Shown here: piece after piece, positions 38,507 through 49,114 of the stretch | Layout of the letters: each line of letters begins with the position of its first letter | How positions within the stretch are numbered: position 1 is the stretch's first letter | Assembly: GCA_965218585.1 (NCBI GenBank) | Contig: CBDCLE010000005.1 | Span: forward strand, 1 to 64,000 | Source: Terriglobia bacterium | GTDB taxonomy: Bacteria > Acidobacteriota > Terriglobia > 20CM-2-55-15 | DNA: 64,000 nucleotides | Direction of reading: 5' to 3' | The notes under the pieces: generated by a model | Told to the model about the DNA's origin: nothing | The model's database searches: none | The model's input: only the letters and a program-made list of their open reading frames with translations | Translations under genes and position numbers: made by a program

Positions 38507-41248
38507 CTAGGAACAGCCACTCGTCGATCCACAGTTCAGGCACTTATAACACGCACCACTGCGAACCATGAGTGAGCCGCAATCGAAACAGACCGGCGCG
38601 TCCTGATCCTCGATATCGACGAGTGCACCTTCTCGGGCAGGTCCACGGGCGGGTTCACTCTTTGGGGGCAGACCCGCTTTCGGCGAAGGGCCCAGTTTGA
38701 CGGCGGGCTCTTCCTCGACCTGGACGCCTACGGCGGCAGCTTCTTCCGTTGTCAGGAAGCGGGATGCCAGGTAGCGGAAAATGTAGTCCATGATTGACTT
38801 GGCATAAGGCACCTGCGGGTTGCTGGTGAAACCAGAGGGTTCAAAACGCGTATGGGTAAACTTGTCCACAAGCACCTGCAGCGGCACGCCGTACTGCAAC
38901 GCCATCGAGCAGGACGTAGCGAAGCTGTCCATCACTCCCGACAAGGTGGATCCTTCTTTAGCCATGACAATGAAGATCTCACCCGGTGAACCGTCTTCAT
39001 ACATACCCACGGTGATGTAGCCTTCATGACCCGCAACACCGAACTTGTGCGTGATGGCGTGACGTTCAGCTGCGAGATGACGGCGAACCGGCCGATTGCC
39101 CTGGCTCGGTTCCCGTGCATCGTTTTCTGCAGTCGACATGGGCTGCGTCCGCTTGGAAGCATCCCTGTATATCGCTACCGCCTTCAGGCCGAGTCGCCAG
39201 CCTTCCATGTAGGTTTCCGAGATTTCTTCTTCCGTAACAGAAGACGGCAGGTTGACAGTCTTCGAGATAGCCCCGGAAATAAATGGCTGAACCGCCCCCA
39301 TCATCTTGAGGTGACCCATGTAGTGGATCGAACGCTTCCCGTTGGTGGGCTTGAACGCACAGTCAAAGATGGGAAGATGCTCCTCGCTTAAGCTTGGGGC
39401 GCCTTCGATTGTTCCCTTATCATCGATGAACTCTACGATCTCCTTGACCTGGGGATCGTCATACCCCAGTCGCTCCAGCGCGAGGGATATGGTGTTATTG
39501 ACGATCTTGATCGTCCCACCCCCGACAAGCTTCTTGTATTTGACCAGCGCCAGATCCGGTTCCACTCCGGTCGTGTCGCAGTCCATCATGAATCCGATCG
39601 TGCCCGTCGGTGCCAGGACCGAAGCCTGCGCATTCCGATAGCCGGTCCGCTCGCCATGATCGACGGCGTCACACCAGACCTTCCAGGCCGACTCATACAA
39701 GCCACCGGGGATGTTGTTCCGATCGATTCCCTTCACCGAATCCCGATGCATCCGCATCACTTCAAGAAAGGGTTCCTGGTTGGTCATATATCCGGCGAAC
39801 GGTCCGATTTCACCGGCAATCTTTGATGAGGTCAGATACGCCTGCCCCGTCATGATCGCCGTTATAGCCCCAGCATAGTCGCGACCCTGATCACTGTCGT
39901 AGGGTATGCCCAACGACATGAGCAGTGCGCCGAGGTTGGCATATCCCAGACCCAGTGGCCGGTAGGCGTGAGAATTCTTTTCGATGTTCTCGGTCGGATA
40001 GCCTGCGTTGGATACGATGATTTCCTGAGCGATGATCGTGACGGCAACAGCCCACCGGAACGATTCGATATCGAAACCGCCGTCGGGAAGCCGGAATTTC
40101 ATGAGGTTCAGCGAAGCCAGGTTGCAGGCTGAGTCGTCCAGGAACATGTACTCCGAGCACGGGTTCGATGCATTGATCGGCGCTGTGTTCTTACATGTGT
40201 GCCAACGATTGATCGTCGTGTCGTACTGCATGCCCGGATCGCCGCAGATGTGAGCGGAGTCGGAGATCATCGCCATCAACTCGCGGGCCTGATACGTATT
40301 GACCGGCTCACCCGTGGTCACCGCATGTGTCGTCCACTTGCCGTCGTTGACGACGGCTTCCATGAACTTATCCGTGACGCGCACACTGTGATTCGCATTC
40401 TGAAAAAAGATCGAAGAATAAGCTTCCCCATCGATTCCGCCACCGTAACCGTTGTCGAGCAGTACCCAGGCCTTCTTTTCTTCGTTCGCTTTGCTGTTGA
40501 TGAATTCGACAACGTCGGGATGATCCACGTCCAGAATCACCATCTTTGCCGCCCGGCGTGTCTTGCCTCCCGATTTGATGACACCGGCGAAAGCGTCAAA
40601 GCCCTTCATAAAAGAGACAGGTCCCGAGGCGATGCCACCTCCTGAAAGTTGTTCGATCGAGGAACGGATTGGCGACAGGTTACTCCCGGCGCCTGAACCC
40701 CACTTAAACAACATCGCTTCGGTCTTTGCCAGGTTCAATATCGAACCCATGGTGTCTTCCACCGAATTAATGAAACACGCCGAACACTGGGGTTTTGCTT
40801 CGACACCGCAGTTGAACCACACGGGAGAGTTGAAGGCGACCATCTGATTGAGAAGCAGGTGGGAGAGTTCGTCATCAAAAATCTCGGCATCGGTTTCCGA
40901 AGCGAAATATCCGCCGGCCGAACCCCACTTCGTCATCGTTTTCGTCACTCGGGAAATCAGTTGCCTTACGCTTGTCTCTCGCCCAGGTGTCCCCTGGATG
41001 CCGTGAAAGTACTTTGACGCGACGATATTCGTTGCTGTCTGCGACCAATCCCTGGGAACTTCGACATCACGCTGTTCAAATACGACACCACCGGCTTCGC
41101 TCGCTATGGATGCGGTCCGACGATCCCATTCCACAGCGTCATAGGGTGATACATCGCCACTGGAAAAATAGCGTTCGAACTTGAGTCCCTTCCGGGTTGT
41201 CACATGTCCGTTCTCGTCCGCCATTGCTGCGAGTACCTCCTCCTTCAT
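38507..41248 (-). CDS. nrdJ: Adenosylcobalamin-dependent (class II) ribonucleotide reductase with TSCPD domain and Zn ribbon
   Basis: FNSPVWFN, PQCSACFI, SNPCSEY, CNLASLN, APTGT, ISKTVN, C-terminal CLNCGSTSGCS. Confidence 0.96.
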   Translation of the reverse strand: MKEEVLAAMADENGHVTTRKGLKFERYFSSGDVSPYDAVEWDRRTASIASEAGGVVFEQRDVEVPRDWSQTATNIVASKYFHGIQGTPGRETSVRQLISRVTKTMTKWGSAGGYFASETDAEIFDDELSHLLLNQMVAFNSPVWFNCGVEAKPQCSACFINSVEDTMGSILNLAKTEAMLFKWGSGAGSNLSPIRSSIEQLSGGGIASGPVSFMKGFDAFAGVIKSGGKTRRAAKMVILDVDHPDVVEFINSKANEEKKAWVLLDNGYGGGIDGEAYSSIFFQNANHSVRVTDKFMEAVVNDGKWTTHAVTTGEPVNTYQARELMAMISDSAHICGDPGMQYDTTINRWHTCKNTAPINASNPCSEYMFLDDSACNLASLNLMKFRLPDGGFDIESFRWAVAVTIIAQEIIVSNAGYPTENIEKNSHAYRPLGLGYANLGALLMSLGIPYDSDQGRDYAGAITAIMTGQAYLTSSKIAGEIGPFAGYMTNQEPFLEVMRMHRDSVKGIDRNNIPGGLYESAWKVWCDAVDHGERTGYRNAQASVLAPTGTIGFMMDCDTTGVEPDLALVKYKKLVGGGTIKIVNNTISLALERLGYDDPQVKEIVEFIDDKGTIEGAPSLSEEHLPIFDCAFKPTNGKRSIHYMGHLKMMGAVQPFISGAISKTVNLPSSVTEEEISETYMEGWRLGLKAVAIYRDASKRTQPMSTAENDAREPSQGNRPVRRHLAAERHAITHKFGVAGHEGYITVGMYEDGSPGEIFIVMAKEGSTLSGVMDSFATSCSMALQYGVPLQVLVDKFTHTRFEPSGFTSNPQVPYAKSIMDYIFRYLASRFLTTEEAAAVGVQVEEEPAVKLGPSPKAGLPPKSEPARGPAREGALVDIEDQDAPVCFDCGSLMVRSGACYKCLNCGSTSGCS

Positions 41249-41338
41249 CGCCTGTCCCCCCCCGAGTTTGGATGTCGCCGGACCGGCCGACGCGACCCCA
41301 ACACTAGGTGCGGTTAGGGACAGATCAGGTCTACCTGG

Positions 41339-41385
41339 AGCCTATATATTGTGTTCCTTACAAAAATATACCCAATATACTGGTG
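41339..41385. promoter_or_regulatory. Tandem NrdR boxes
   Basis: AGCCTATATATTGTGT (41339) and ACCCAATATACTGGTG (41370), 31 bp apart, upstream of nrdJ; fit acaCwAtATaTwGtgt. Confidence 0.75.
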
Positions 41386-41448
41386 GTTTCCCATATTGAA
41401 GGGCCAGTCCGATTTCCCACATACCGCCGCCGCCTCACCTCAAGTGAT

Positions 41449-41934
41449 TCAATTCAATAGGCCGCGAATGCGCGCTATGCCCTCGAGCGCCGGCTGGTAG
41501 TCCGATTTTTCCCTCGCCGCCAGCCGGTACTCTCCCAGCGCCCGTAGCCACAGCCGCTTCCATTCGTAAGCCCTTCCAAGATTCATATGCGGGAAACAAT
41601 AACTCTCGTATCGCGCGGCTTCAAGAGCCTGACGAAACCAATCAATGGCTTCATCAACCTCTCCCTTCTGCATCAGGTAGGCGCCGATGTCGTTGTAAGG
41701 ATTTCCGAAGTCGGGATCCAGGCGGATCGCTTCGTGGCATTGCTCGATAGCCTCGTCGAGGTGGCCCTCCTCGCTATAGGTCCAGCCCAGAAAGGTGTGG
41801 GCTTCTGCTGTCGGGTTGAGTGTGATCGATTGTCTGTAGAGGTCGGCGGCTTTGTCGAGATCGCCGTCCATCTGGGTCTGGTAGGCCTGCCCGAAGAGGT
41901 CTTCGGCGCGCTGTTTTCTGGTCTTTTCGTCCAT
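41449..41934 (-). CDS. TPR protein
   Basis: AEAHTFLGW, AI.LDPDFGNPYNDIG. Confidence 0.88.
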   Translation of the reverse strand: MDEKTRKQRAEDLFGQAYQTQMDGDLDKAADLYRQSITLNPTAEAHTFLGWTYSEEGHLDEAIEQCHEAIRLDPDFGNPYNDIGAYLMQKGEVDEAIDWFRQALEAARYESYCFPHMNLGRAYEWKRLWLRALGEYRLAAREKSDYQPALEGIARIRGLLN

Positions 41935-42009
41935 GGGAGATTGGCCTCGGCCAATGGGCCCTCGGCCATCAGCCGAGACCGAAGGCCGGGAGTTCGGCCG
42001 AAACAGGTG

Positions 42010-42843
42010 CTACACGAACTCGAAGCGCGACGGTTTGGGAATCAATCCTGCCTTGTGAGCGTCCCGGAGCAACCGGCGAACAGCCTTGCGTCCCTCCGCT
42101 CCGTAGTCGAGCGTAAGTTCGTTGACGTACATGCCGACAAAACGGTCTGCGCGTTGCGCATCGAGGCCGCGGGCAAACTCCAGAGCGTACTCCATCGCTT
42201 CGTTCCGATTTTCCAGCCCGTACTTAATACTCTCTTTGATGTCTTTCGAAATCTGCTTCATCAGCGTGGGCCCGAGGTCCCGACGCACTACGTTGCCACC
42301 CAGGGGAAGAGGCAATCCGGTTTCATCCTGCCACCATTCGCCCAGGTCGATCACCTTGTGAAAACCCAGATCCCGATAGCTGAGTTGCCCTTCGTGGATC
42401 AGAAGACCGGCGTCGAAATCGCCGTTTGGCAGTTCATCAAGGATCTTGTCGAACGGCACGACCTCATAGGTGATGTCTGGCGAAAAGAGCCTCAGCGCCA
42501 GAAACGCCGTCGTCAGGGTTCCTGGAATCGCTATTTTTTTCCGGCCCAGGCGATCCCGGCGTAAGGGTCTGGAAGACACCACAACGGGGCCGTAGTTGCG
42601 CCCCATGCTCCCACCGCACCGAAGCACAGCGTACTTGTCGGCCAGGTACGCATAGGCATGAAAAGAGATCGCGCTCACTTCGTATTCGCCATCCATTGCC
42701 TTCTTGTTCAACGTCTCGATATCGGCCAGGGTGTGCTGGTAGTTGAGTTCCCCGGTGTCGATCTTGCGCGTTGCCATCGCATAGAACATGAACGCGTCGT
42801 CAGAGTCAGGGCTGTGAGCTACCCGAATCCTTTTCTTTCTCAT
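42010..42843 (-). CDS. mqnD: 1,4-dihydroxy-6-naphthoate synthase (futalosine pathway)
   Basis: HSPDSDDAFMFY, DIETLN, LIHEGQL, LPLPLG, MYVN. Confidence 0.9.
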   Translation of the reverse strand: MRKKRIRVAHSPDSDDAFMFYAMATRKIDTGELNYQHTLADIETLNKKAMDGEYEVSAISFHAYAYLADKYAVLRCGGSMGRNYGPVVVSSRPLRRDRLGRKKIAIPGTLTTAFLALRLFSPDITYEVVPFDKILDELPNGDFDAGLLIHEGQLSYRDLGFHKVIDLGEWWQDETGLPLPLGGNVVRRDLGPTLMKQISKDIKESIKYGLENRNEAMEYALEFARGLDAQRADRFVGMYVNELTLDYGAEGRKAVRRLLRDAHKAGLIPKPSRFEFV

Positions 42844-42948
42844 TTCAGGAAATCTTTTCCTTCCCGGTTCAGTATTCGAAAGCTATCAAAGAGGGCTATC
42901 CTAACACAGGCCGAATCCCGCGGCCCGTTACTCCACCGGTGCGCCTTT

Positions 42949-43827
42949 TCATCTTCGTCGTCGTCGTCCTCTCTTTGACGGTTCGCAGATTGTATTATCG
43001 ATCAGGCGCGTATCACCAACCCAGATCGCTGCGACTGCTCGCACCGGACCCTGGATCTCTTCCACCGGTTGCATATCCGCAGGATTCACGATCTCGACGT
43101 AGTCTACGCGCACCGTGGGCTCCAGTTCCAGAACCTGTCTGGCAGCCTTCCTGACCACAGCAGGATCCAAATCCCCATCGCCGATACGTTGACGGGCAAC
43201 ACGCAGGGCCCGATAGAGAACAGGCGCAATCTGACGTTCCTCCGCGCTCAGGTACTCGTTCCGTGAACTAATCGCCAATCCATCCAGTTCGCGCTCGGTC
43301 GGACCGGCAACAATATCGATCGAAAGGTCCCGCTCGCGCGTCATGCGTGAAATAACGGCAAGCTGCTGAATGTCCTTTTCGCCGAAGTAGGCCCGGTCCG
43401 GGTGTACGATGTCGAACAACTTCAGGACGACCGTAGCGACGCCCCGAAAGTGGCCGGGGCGAGAGGACCCGCACAATCCTTCGGCCTCAGTCCCTACCTC
43501 GACCAGCTCGGGAGCCCCACCCGGATACATTTCCTCGTCCGAGGGTGCAAACAACGCATCCACACCGCGTTTCTCGCAGAAAAGCACGTCCTGCTCAAAG
43601 CGGCGCGGGTAGTCTCCCAAGTCTTCGTTCGGTCCGAACTGTAGAGAGTTTACAAAGAGGCTGACCACGACCGTGCCGCACTCGCGTCTGGCAAGATCGA
43701 TCAGGCTCCCGTGCCCGGCGTGAAGCGCGCCCATCGTTGGGATCAGTCCAACGGGTTTTCCCGCGCGGCGCGCGCTGTCGAGATACGTTCGGACCTCACT
43801 GGCTGTCCGGAACGCTTCGACATTCAT
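42949..43827 (-). CDS. panC: Pantoate-beta-alanine ligase
   Basis: PTMGALHAGH, RPGHFRGV, FGEKD.QQ, SSRN, RLIDN. Confidence 0.97.
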   Translation of the reverse strand: MNVEAFRTASEVRTYLDSARRAGKPVGLIPTMGALHAGHGSLIDLARRECGTVVVSLFVNSLQFGPNEDLGDYPRRFEQDVLFCEKRGVDALFAPSDEEMYPGGAPELVEVGTEAEGLCGSSRPGHFRGVATVVLKLFDIVHPDRAYFGEKDIQQLAVISRMTRERDLSIDIVAGPTERELDGLAISSRNEYLSAEERQIAPVLYRALRVARQRIGDGDLDPAVVRKAARQVLELEPTVRVDYVEIVNPADMQPVEEIQGPVRAVAAIWVGDTRLIDNTICEPSKRGRRRRR

Positions 43828-44669
43828 GGGCTCTGCCCATCCAGTTTCTTCACCGACTTCTCTGCTGGGTTTCGGGCATCGGGAAAGCGTCCTGAACGGA
43901 CATCATCCACGTAGGCGCGGGCGGCATCGACGACTGTTTCGCCAAGCCTGGCGTACTGTTTCACGAAAGATGGAACGAACTCGTCGAACAGGCCGAGCAT
44001 ATCGTAACTGACCAGGACCTGCCCGTCGCAACCCGGCCCTGCACCGATTCCGATCGTCGGCACCCCGACCGAGGAGGTGACCCGGACGGCGAGGTCCGCC
44101 GGTATCGACTCCAGGACAATGGCAAAAACTCCCGCACTCTCAAGTGCGATCGCGTCCTCGATCAGCCTCTCTCTATCTTCCGCGGTTTGTGCCTGTGGGC
44201 GGAACCCTCCGATCTGATGGACCGATTGAGGTGTCAGGCCCAGGTGCCCCATCACGGGAATGCCGGCATCTCGGAGCCTCTGCGCAGGTTCGAGAATCGC
44301 GTGTCCCCCTTCGATCTTGACCCCCGCGGCTCCGCCGTCCTGTATCAGCCGGCCGGCATTCCTCAACGTCTCTGTTTCATCGATCTGGTATGTCAGAAAC
44401 GGCAGGTCGGCCACAACCAATGCACGGCGTGTCCCGCGTACGACGGCCCGGCAATGATGCAAAACCATGTCCAGAGTTACCGGGATCGTCGTTTCATAAC
44501 CCATAACGACCATTCCCAGCGAATCACCGACCAGGAGAATGTCGATCCCGGCCCCATCCAGCAGACGCGCCATCGTGGCGTCGTATGCAGTCAGCATTGT
44601 GATCTTCTCGCCTTTGCGTTTCATGGACAAAAGATCGGGAACCCGAACGGGTTTCGCGGCTGGTGACAT
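43824..44669 (-). CDS. panB: 3-methyl-2-oxobutanoate hydroxymethyltransferase
   Basis: LTAYD, LVGDSLG, VKIEGG, GHLGLTPQ, IGIGAG..CDGQVLV. Confidence 0.97.
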   Translation of the reverse strand: MSPAAKPVRVPDLLSMKRKGEKITMLTAYDATMARLLDGAGIDILLVGDSLGMVVMGYETTIPVTLDMVLHHCRAVVRGTRRALVVADLPFLTYQIDETETLRNAGRLIQDGGAAGVKIEGGHAILEPAQRLRDAGIPVMGHLGLTPQSVHQIGGFRPQAQTAEDRERLIEDAIALESAGVFAIVLESIPADLAVRVTSSVGVPTIGIGAGPGCDGQVLVSYDMLGLFDEFVPSFVKQYARLGETVVDAARAYVDDVRSGRFPDARNPAEKSVKKLDGQSP

Positions 44670-44751
44670 GTTAATTATCGTATCAGATCGGGGCGGGTTC
44701 ACACACAGACTGGCCCGCGCCTCTCGGCCGTGTCCTGACGGTCAACAAGGG

Positions 44752-44846
44752 GATTTCGCTCGGTCGTTCATTCGGCCGACCAGCGCTAGCGCTTCAAGCG
44801 CGTAGGCCGAACGACCGGCGACGCTCGTAATCCACCTGATTACGAG
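44752..44846 (-). repeat. Structured intergenic repeat, copy 4 (reverse orientation)
   Basis: Reverse complement CTCGTAATCAGGTGGATTACGAGCGTCGCCGGTCGTTCGGCC...TGAACGACCGAGCGAAATC. Confidence 0.85.
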
Positions 44847-44874
44847 CTCTTTTAAAGGCAGGTAAGCGGTCCAC

Positions 44875-46014
44875 TCACCTCTCCACCCGCGTCTCGCCAG
44901 CCGAAACTAACGTGTAGGTAATCCCCTTCCACACAAGCCGGCGCCCCACAATAGTACGGAGAAAATTCCACTCGTAGAGGAAGGCGACCAACGGGGGCGA
45001 CAGCCGGTAGAACCAACGATTGTGAGCGCTGGACGGATCGCCCAAGACACGCCGTGCTCCCCGGACCCTCAGGTCCGCGCGCACTATGGCCAGACCATAG
45101 ACAAGACTCCATAGCAGGAAGAACTTCCAGTCACTGAACATCCGGAAGGTCAGCCACAAGAACGTCAGGTTGAAAAGCGAGTAGGTCGCCAGTCCGATTC
45201 TCCAGATCTTCGGGGCATAAACCCGTGTTATCAGTATCTGGCGCGTTGTGAACTCCATCAGCTGACCCCACGAACATTCGCCATAGGAAGGGACCAGGCA
45301 CACCGGAACATAGACGATCCTGAGGCCGGCCCCCCGCACGGCTTCGGTGAGGGTGTAATCATCGCTCAGGGCTCCCTGCCAACGCTCCAGAACACCAGCC
45401 TGCTGGAAAACACCACGCCGTATGGCTGTAGATCCTCCCCAAACGAAGTTGTTCGAATGAGGCCCGAGAAACCCCGCGACGGTGCCGTTCCATGCCGATC
45501 GGAGACGCGTCGGCAAATTCGTCCCCGATGCCGCGTACCAGCGGTAACCTGTCGTGGCACCGACCGCGGGATCCTCCAGCGGTGCCAGGAGCTGGCGTAA
45601 CCAATCAGGAGGAAAGCGGGCGTCCGCGTCACAGAAAACATACGTTTCCTCCCCCTCACCCGCTGTGAGGACTCCGTGGATGAGGTTGTGGACTTTCTGC
45701 CCGCACCGCTCGGCCCGGCCCGCGATGAGGACGGCCCCTCCACTTGCCGAAAGAATCGGCATGGAGGGATCGGCCACAGAATCCACGATGAAGACAACCC
45801 GATAATCAGTATGGGTCTGCCCCATGAGGGAAGCCACGTTCTCGCTGAGTTCAGGGTCCGAATCTTTCACAGGGCAAAAAACGACGACAGGCCGATCGGG
45901 GAGAGGAGTCCTGCAATAGTTCAAGGTATACTTTAGATTATGCCTGCCATCCCACAATGATATTGATCCTTGAACTAATGCCACGAATGCCAGGATATAG
46001 AGAAGAATGTCCAT
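44875..46014 (-). CDS. GT2/GT21 glycosyltransferase (ceramide glucosyltransferase/HpnI-like)
   Basis: QKVHNL, FCDAD, TTGYRW, WGGS, LSDD; terminal TM helices. Confidence 0.85.
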   Translation of the reverse strand: MDILLYILAFVALVQGSISLWDGRHNLKYTLNYCRTPLPDRPVVVFCPVKDSDPELSENVASLMGQTHTDYRVVFIVDSVADPSMPILSASGGAVLIAGRAERCGQKVHNLIHGVLTAGEGEETYVFCDADARFPPDWLRQLLAPLEDPAVGATTGYRWYAASGTNLPTRLRSAWNGTVAGFLGPHSNNFVWGGSTAIRRGVFQQAGVLERWQGALSDDYTLTEAVRGAGLRIVYVPVCLVPSYGECSWGQLMEFTTRQILITRVYAPKIWRIGLATYSLFNLTFLWLTFRMFSDWKFFLLWSLVYGLAIVRADLRVRGARRVLGDPSSAHNRWFYRLSPPLVAFLYEWNFLRTIVGRRLVWKGITYTLVSAGETRVER

Positions 46015-46046
46015 TTATTTGGAGACACGCGAACCGGAAATTGAGA

Positions 46047-47054
46047 TTATTTCCAGAGTTGATGGAGGAGTCGCCCCGCAAAGCCCGGAAACTGAGCGCC
46101 CAGCCAGAAGCCGGTCCGCTTCCCAAACGGATGGGCCAGTGTCCGGCGGAGAAGGGCCGCCAATGCTCGTTTTGTTCCCCATCGCTGCCGCCACTCGCGC
46201 TCATAGTTTTCCCTGAGAGTTTGGTAAGGGAGTCCCTGTTCGAGCCCGTGTGCCACAATCCGGGCCGCCAGACGGCCCGATTCCAGGGCGTGGCGCATAC
46301 CTTCGCCACAGAACGGATCGATCATTCCGCCCGCATCACCCACGGCCAGGTAGGGTCCAGGAATCCTGCTGTATGCGACCGAGCCAGTGACGATACATCC
46401 CTCCCGATCAAGATATTCCCCGACTCGATCCTTATTCACCAAAAAGCAGGAATTGGTCCGGCCGCCCTCGATCGAGACCGATCCCCCATATCCACCCTCA
46501 AAAAAACAGAACTCCAGCATGGATCCCACCGACCTCTCCTCGTAGAACTGAACACCAAACTGTTTGGATTCCCGTCTGCGTGTAAACCGGCCCAGCTTCC
46601 CGGCTGCATCGATGACGACCGTGCAGTCGGCCCCGAATCCAAGACCGTCAGTCCCCCTGCCCTGGACACGAAAACCGCCCCCCGGTAACGATTGGACATT
46701 CTCGATCCGATGCCCGGTACGAACATCCGCTTCCCTGGCCAGGATCTCGTCCAGCCGTTCGCGGGAAAATCCCAGACCGATTTGTTCAAAGAGAATGTCG
46801 ATTTCCGCCTCATCATCAAACCGGACACGCGCACCTCGAACGACTACGGCACCTTGGGAACGCACCCGATCGAGAAGACCCAGGTCATCCAGACACCGGA
46901 GCGCTCCGGGAGAGAGGAACTCGCCACACACTTTCCGCCGCGGAAACTGATCGCGGTCGAAGGATACAGCGTCCATCCCACGGGAACGGAGTTCGATCGC
47001 GCAGGCCGCTCCGGCGAGTCCACCCCCGATAACGACGACCTGGTGCGAACTCAT
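46047..47054 (-). CDS. FAD-dependent oxidoreductase (geranylgeranyl reductase-like)
   Basis: IGGGLAG, FPR.KVCGEFLS, VGDAGGMIDPFCGEGM. Confidence 0.88.
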   Translation of the reverse strand: MSSHQVVVIGGGLAGAACAIELRSRGMDAVSFDRDQFPRRKVCGEFLSPGALRCLDDLGLLDRVRSQGAVVVRGARVRFDDEAEIDILFEQIGLGFSRERLDEILAREADVRTGHRIENVQSLPGGGFRVQGRGTDGLGFGADCTVVIDAAGKLGRFTRRRESKQFGVQFYEERSVGSMLEFCFFEGGYGGSVSIEGGRTNSCFLVNKDRVGEYLDREGCIVTGSVAYSRIPGPYLAVGDAGGMIDPFCGEGMRHALESGRLAARIVAHGLEQGLPYQTLRENYEREWRQRWGTKRALAALLRRTLAHPFGKRTGFWLGAQFPGFAGRLLHQLWK

Positions 47055-47710
47055 TCGAGATTCTCCGCTGTCTTGTCTACAACCAGGACGAGCCGATAAG
47101 GAAAGCTGCGGTGAACCTGCCCGGCAAAACCAGCGCGGCGGGCAATACGGACCAATTCCTCAAGCCGAAACCCGCGTTGCACTGATAACGGAGCATCGTT
47201 TTTGACCATCGTACTGCTGCCAAACAACCGCGTCATGCCGAGGATGGACCAGTAGGCAACCTGGGCACGGTGAAGGTCGTTGACGATCACCCAGCGGCGG
47301 GAGACACGAACCATCCCTTGAAGAGCACGAACGCAGTCCTCGTCGGAGAGATGATGAAAGAAAAGCGATGCCGTCACGCAATCGAACGTGTCGTCACCAA
47401 ACGGCAGGCTGAGGGCATCTCCGAGGACCGGCCTGCTTCTTTTCGCACGTGACAGGCCGCTCGTGTTGAGATCGAGCGCAACGACCTGCCACAGCCCGGA
47501 TCCCACCAGTCGGTCTCCGATGTCGCAGGCCCCCGCAGCGGCATCCAACACAAGACCCTCTGACGGCAGAAAGCGCCGCACCGCTCGGACGCCTCCCAGA
47601 TAACGGTTGATCGTGGCCAGTTCGTCATACGCCAGGAGAAACTCCTCCCGGTCATGAGTCGAGTCATCCATCATTTCCGCTGTGTGAATTCTCGATGTGA
47701 GGTCAGGCAT
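47051..47710 (-). CDS. SAM-dependent methyltransferase
   Basis: EMMDD, INRYLGG, SLFFHH, NDLHR, DAPLSV.RGF, FPYR. Confidence 0.85.
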   Translation of the reverse strand: MPDLTSRIHTAEMMDDSTHDREEFLLAYDELATINRYLGGVRAVRRFLPSEGLVLDAAAGACDIGDRLVGSGLWQVVALDLNTSGLSRAKRSRPVLGDALSLPFGDDTFDCVTASLFFHHLSDEDCVRALQGMVRVSRRWVIVNDLHRAQVAYWSILGMTRLFGSSTMVKNDAPLSVQRGFRLEELVRIARRAGFAGQVHRSFPYRLVLVVDKTAENLE

Positions 47711-47713
47711 CTG

Positions 47714-48994
47714 TCAGGCATTCAGGTTCTTCAGAACCAGTGCCGAGTTCTTGGATCCGAAACCGATGCAGTTGGCCAGACCGTATCGGACCGCTCTCGT
47801 CCTGGCAGAGAGCGGGGTGTAGTCGAGGTCGCATTCAGCATCCGGATTCTGAAGATTGAGCGTGGGGGGGATCATGCCTTCGTCCATCGCAAACAGAATC
47901 GCGCTCATGCCTGCCGCGCCGCTAGCCCCCTGGGGATGGCCGAACATCGACTTTGATGCGCTCATAGGGATCCGGTAAGCAGCTTCGCCCAGGCTGAGCT
48001 TGAGCGCCTTTGTTTCGATGCGATCGTTCAGGACCGTCGAGGTTCCATGCAGGTTGACGTAGTCCACTTCCTCGGGATGGACGCCGGCGTCTTCCAGAGC
48101 CAGCGACATGGCCCGGGCCGGTTCGACTCCGGATTCATCGAGACGCACACGATGATGGGCATCACAGGTAGAGCCGTATCCGGCCACCTCTGCGTAGATC
48201 CGTGCTCCCCGGGCCCGGGCTGAACTCTCCCGTTCGAGGACGTAGATCCAGGATCCTTCGCCCAGGACAAAGCCATCCCTGTCTTCGGAGAATGGACGCG
48301 ACCCAGCCGCCGGATCTTCATTCCACGAAGCTGTGAGAACACGCATCAGACAAAACGCCGCCAGGATGCCCGGCGCCAGCGGAGCGTCGGCACCGCCGGT
48401 AATGACAATGTCGGTCTGACCCATGAGAATGGATTGGCACGCATACGACATTGCATCGGTCGAACTGGTACACCCGGTCGACACAACGTGGCTCGGCCCA
48501 TGAAATCCGAACGACATGGACACCTCGCTGCTGAAAGTCCCGATCGTCGACGTGGGTATGGTATAGACGCTGGCCTTCTTCAGCTGGTCCCTGTAATAGT
48601 GGCCATACTGCCTCTCTGTGAACTCAAGGCCTCCGCCACCACTGCCCAGGATGACGCCCACCCCCCGTCTGGCATCCACCTCAAGCGAGACTGGATCCAG
48701 TTTCGCGTCCTTAAGCGCAAGACGAGTTGCCCCGATCGCAAGGGCCGCCGTCCGCGAAACGTGCTGCCGGTCTTTCGGGGACACGTTTTCCATCGGATCG
48801 ACGTGGCGGACTTCGCCTGCGATCTGAACCGGGAACGGTGAGGGGTCAAAGGCTTCGATCCTGCCGACCCCGCTCTTGCCTTCCCGGAAAGCCTCCCAAA
48901 GACACTCTCGATTGTTTCCCGCAGGCGTCAGGCAACCAAAACCGCTGATCACAACGCGTTCCGGACTGAGATTCCGATGATTGTTGAATGACAT
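47714..48994 (-). CDS. Beta-ketoacyl synthase (FabF / type II PKS KS-alpha-like)
   Basis: Catalytic VSTGCTSS, HGTST..ND, KSMFGH, GFGSKN. Confidence 0.9.
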   Translation of the reverse strand: MSFNNHRNLSPERVVISGFGCLTPAGNNRECLWEAFREGKSGVGRIEAFDPSPFPVQIAGEVRHVDPMENVSPKDRQHVSRTAALAIGATRLALKDAKLDPVSLEVDARRGVGVILGSGGGGLEFTERQYGHYYRDQLKKASVYTIPTSTIGTFSSEVSMSFGFHGPSHVVSTGCTSSTDAMSYACQSILMGQTDIVITGGADAPLAPGILAAFCLMRVLTASWNEDPAAGSRPFSEDRDGFVLGEGSWIYVLERESSARARGARIYAEVAGYGSTCDAHHRVRLDESGVEPARAMSLALEDAGVHPEEVDYVNLHGTSTVLNDRIETKALKLSLGEAAYRIPMSASKSMFGHPQGASGAAGMSAILFAMDEGMIPPTLNLQNPDAECDLDYTPLSARTRAVRYGLANCIGFGSKNSALVLKNLNA

Positions 48995-49062
48995 CTAAGC
49001 TCCTGCCCCTCAGTCGGAACTCTTCGCTAGTTCAAAGGGCTACTATGCGAGGGAATATACCC

Positions 49063-49090
49063 TAAAGTAGCGTCTTGCGGATGCCGATAC
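49063..49090 (+). promoter_or_regulatory. Sigma-28 (FliA/SigD)-type promoter
   Basis: TAAA-N16-GCCGATAC. Confidence 0.7.
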
Positions 49091-49114
49091 AGAGAACAGG
49101 AAAAGGGTTTTGAA

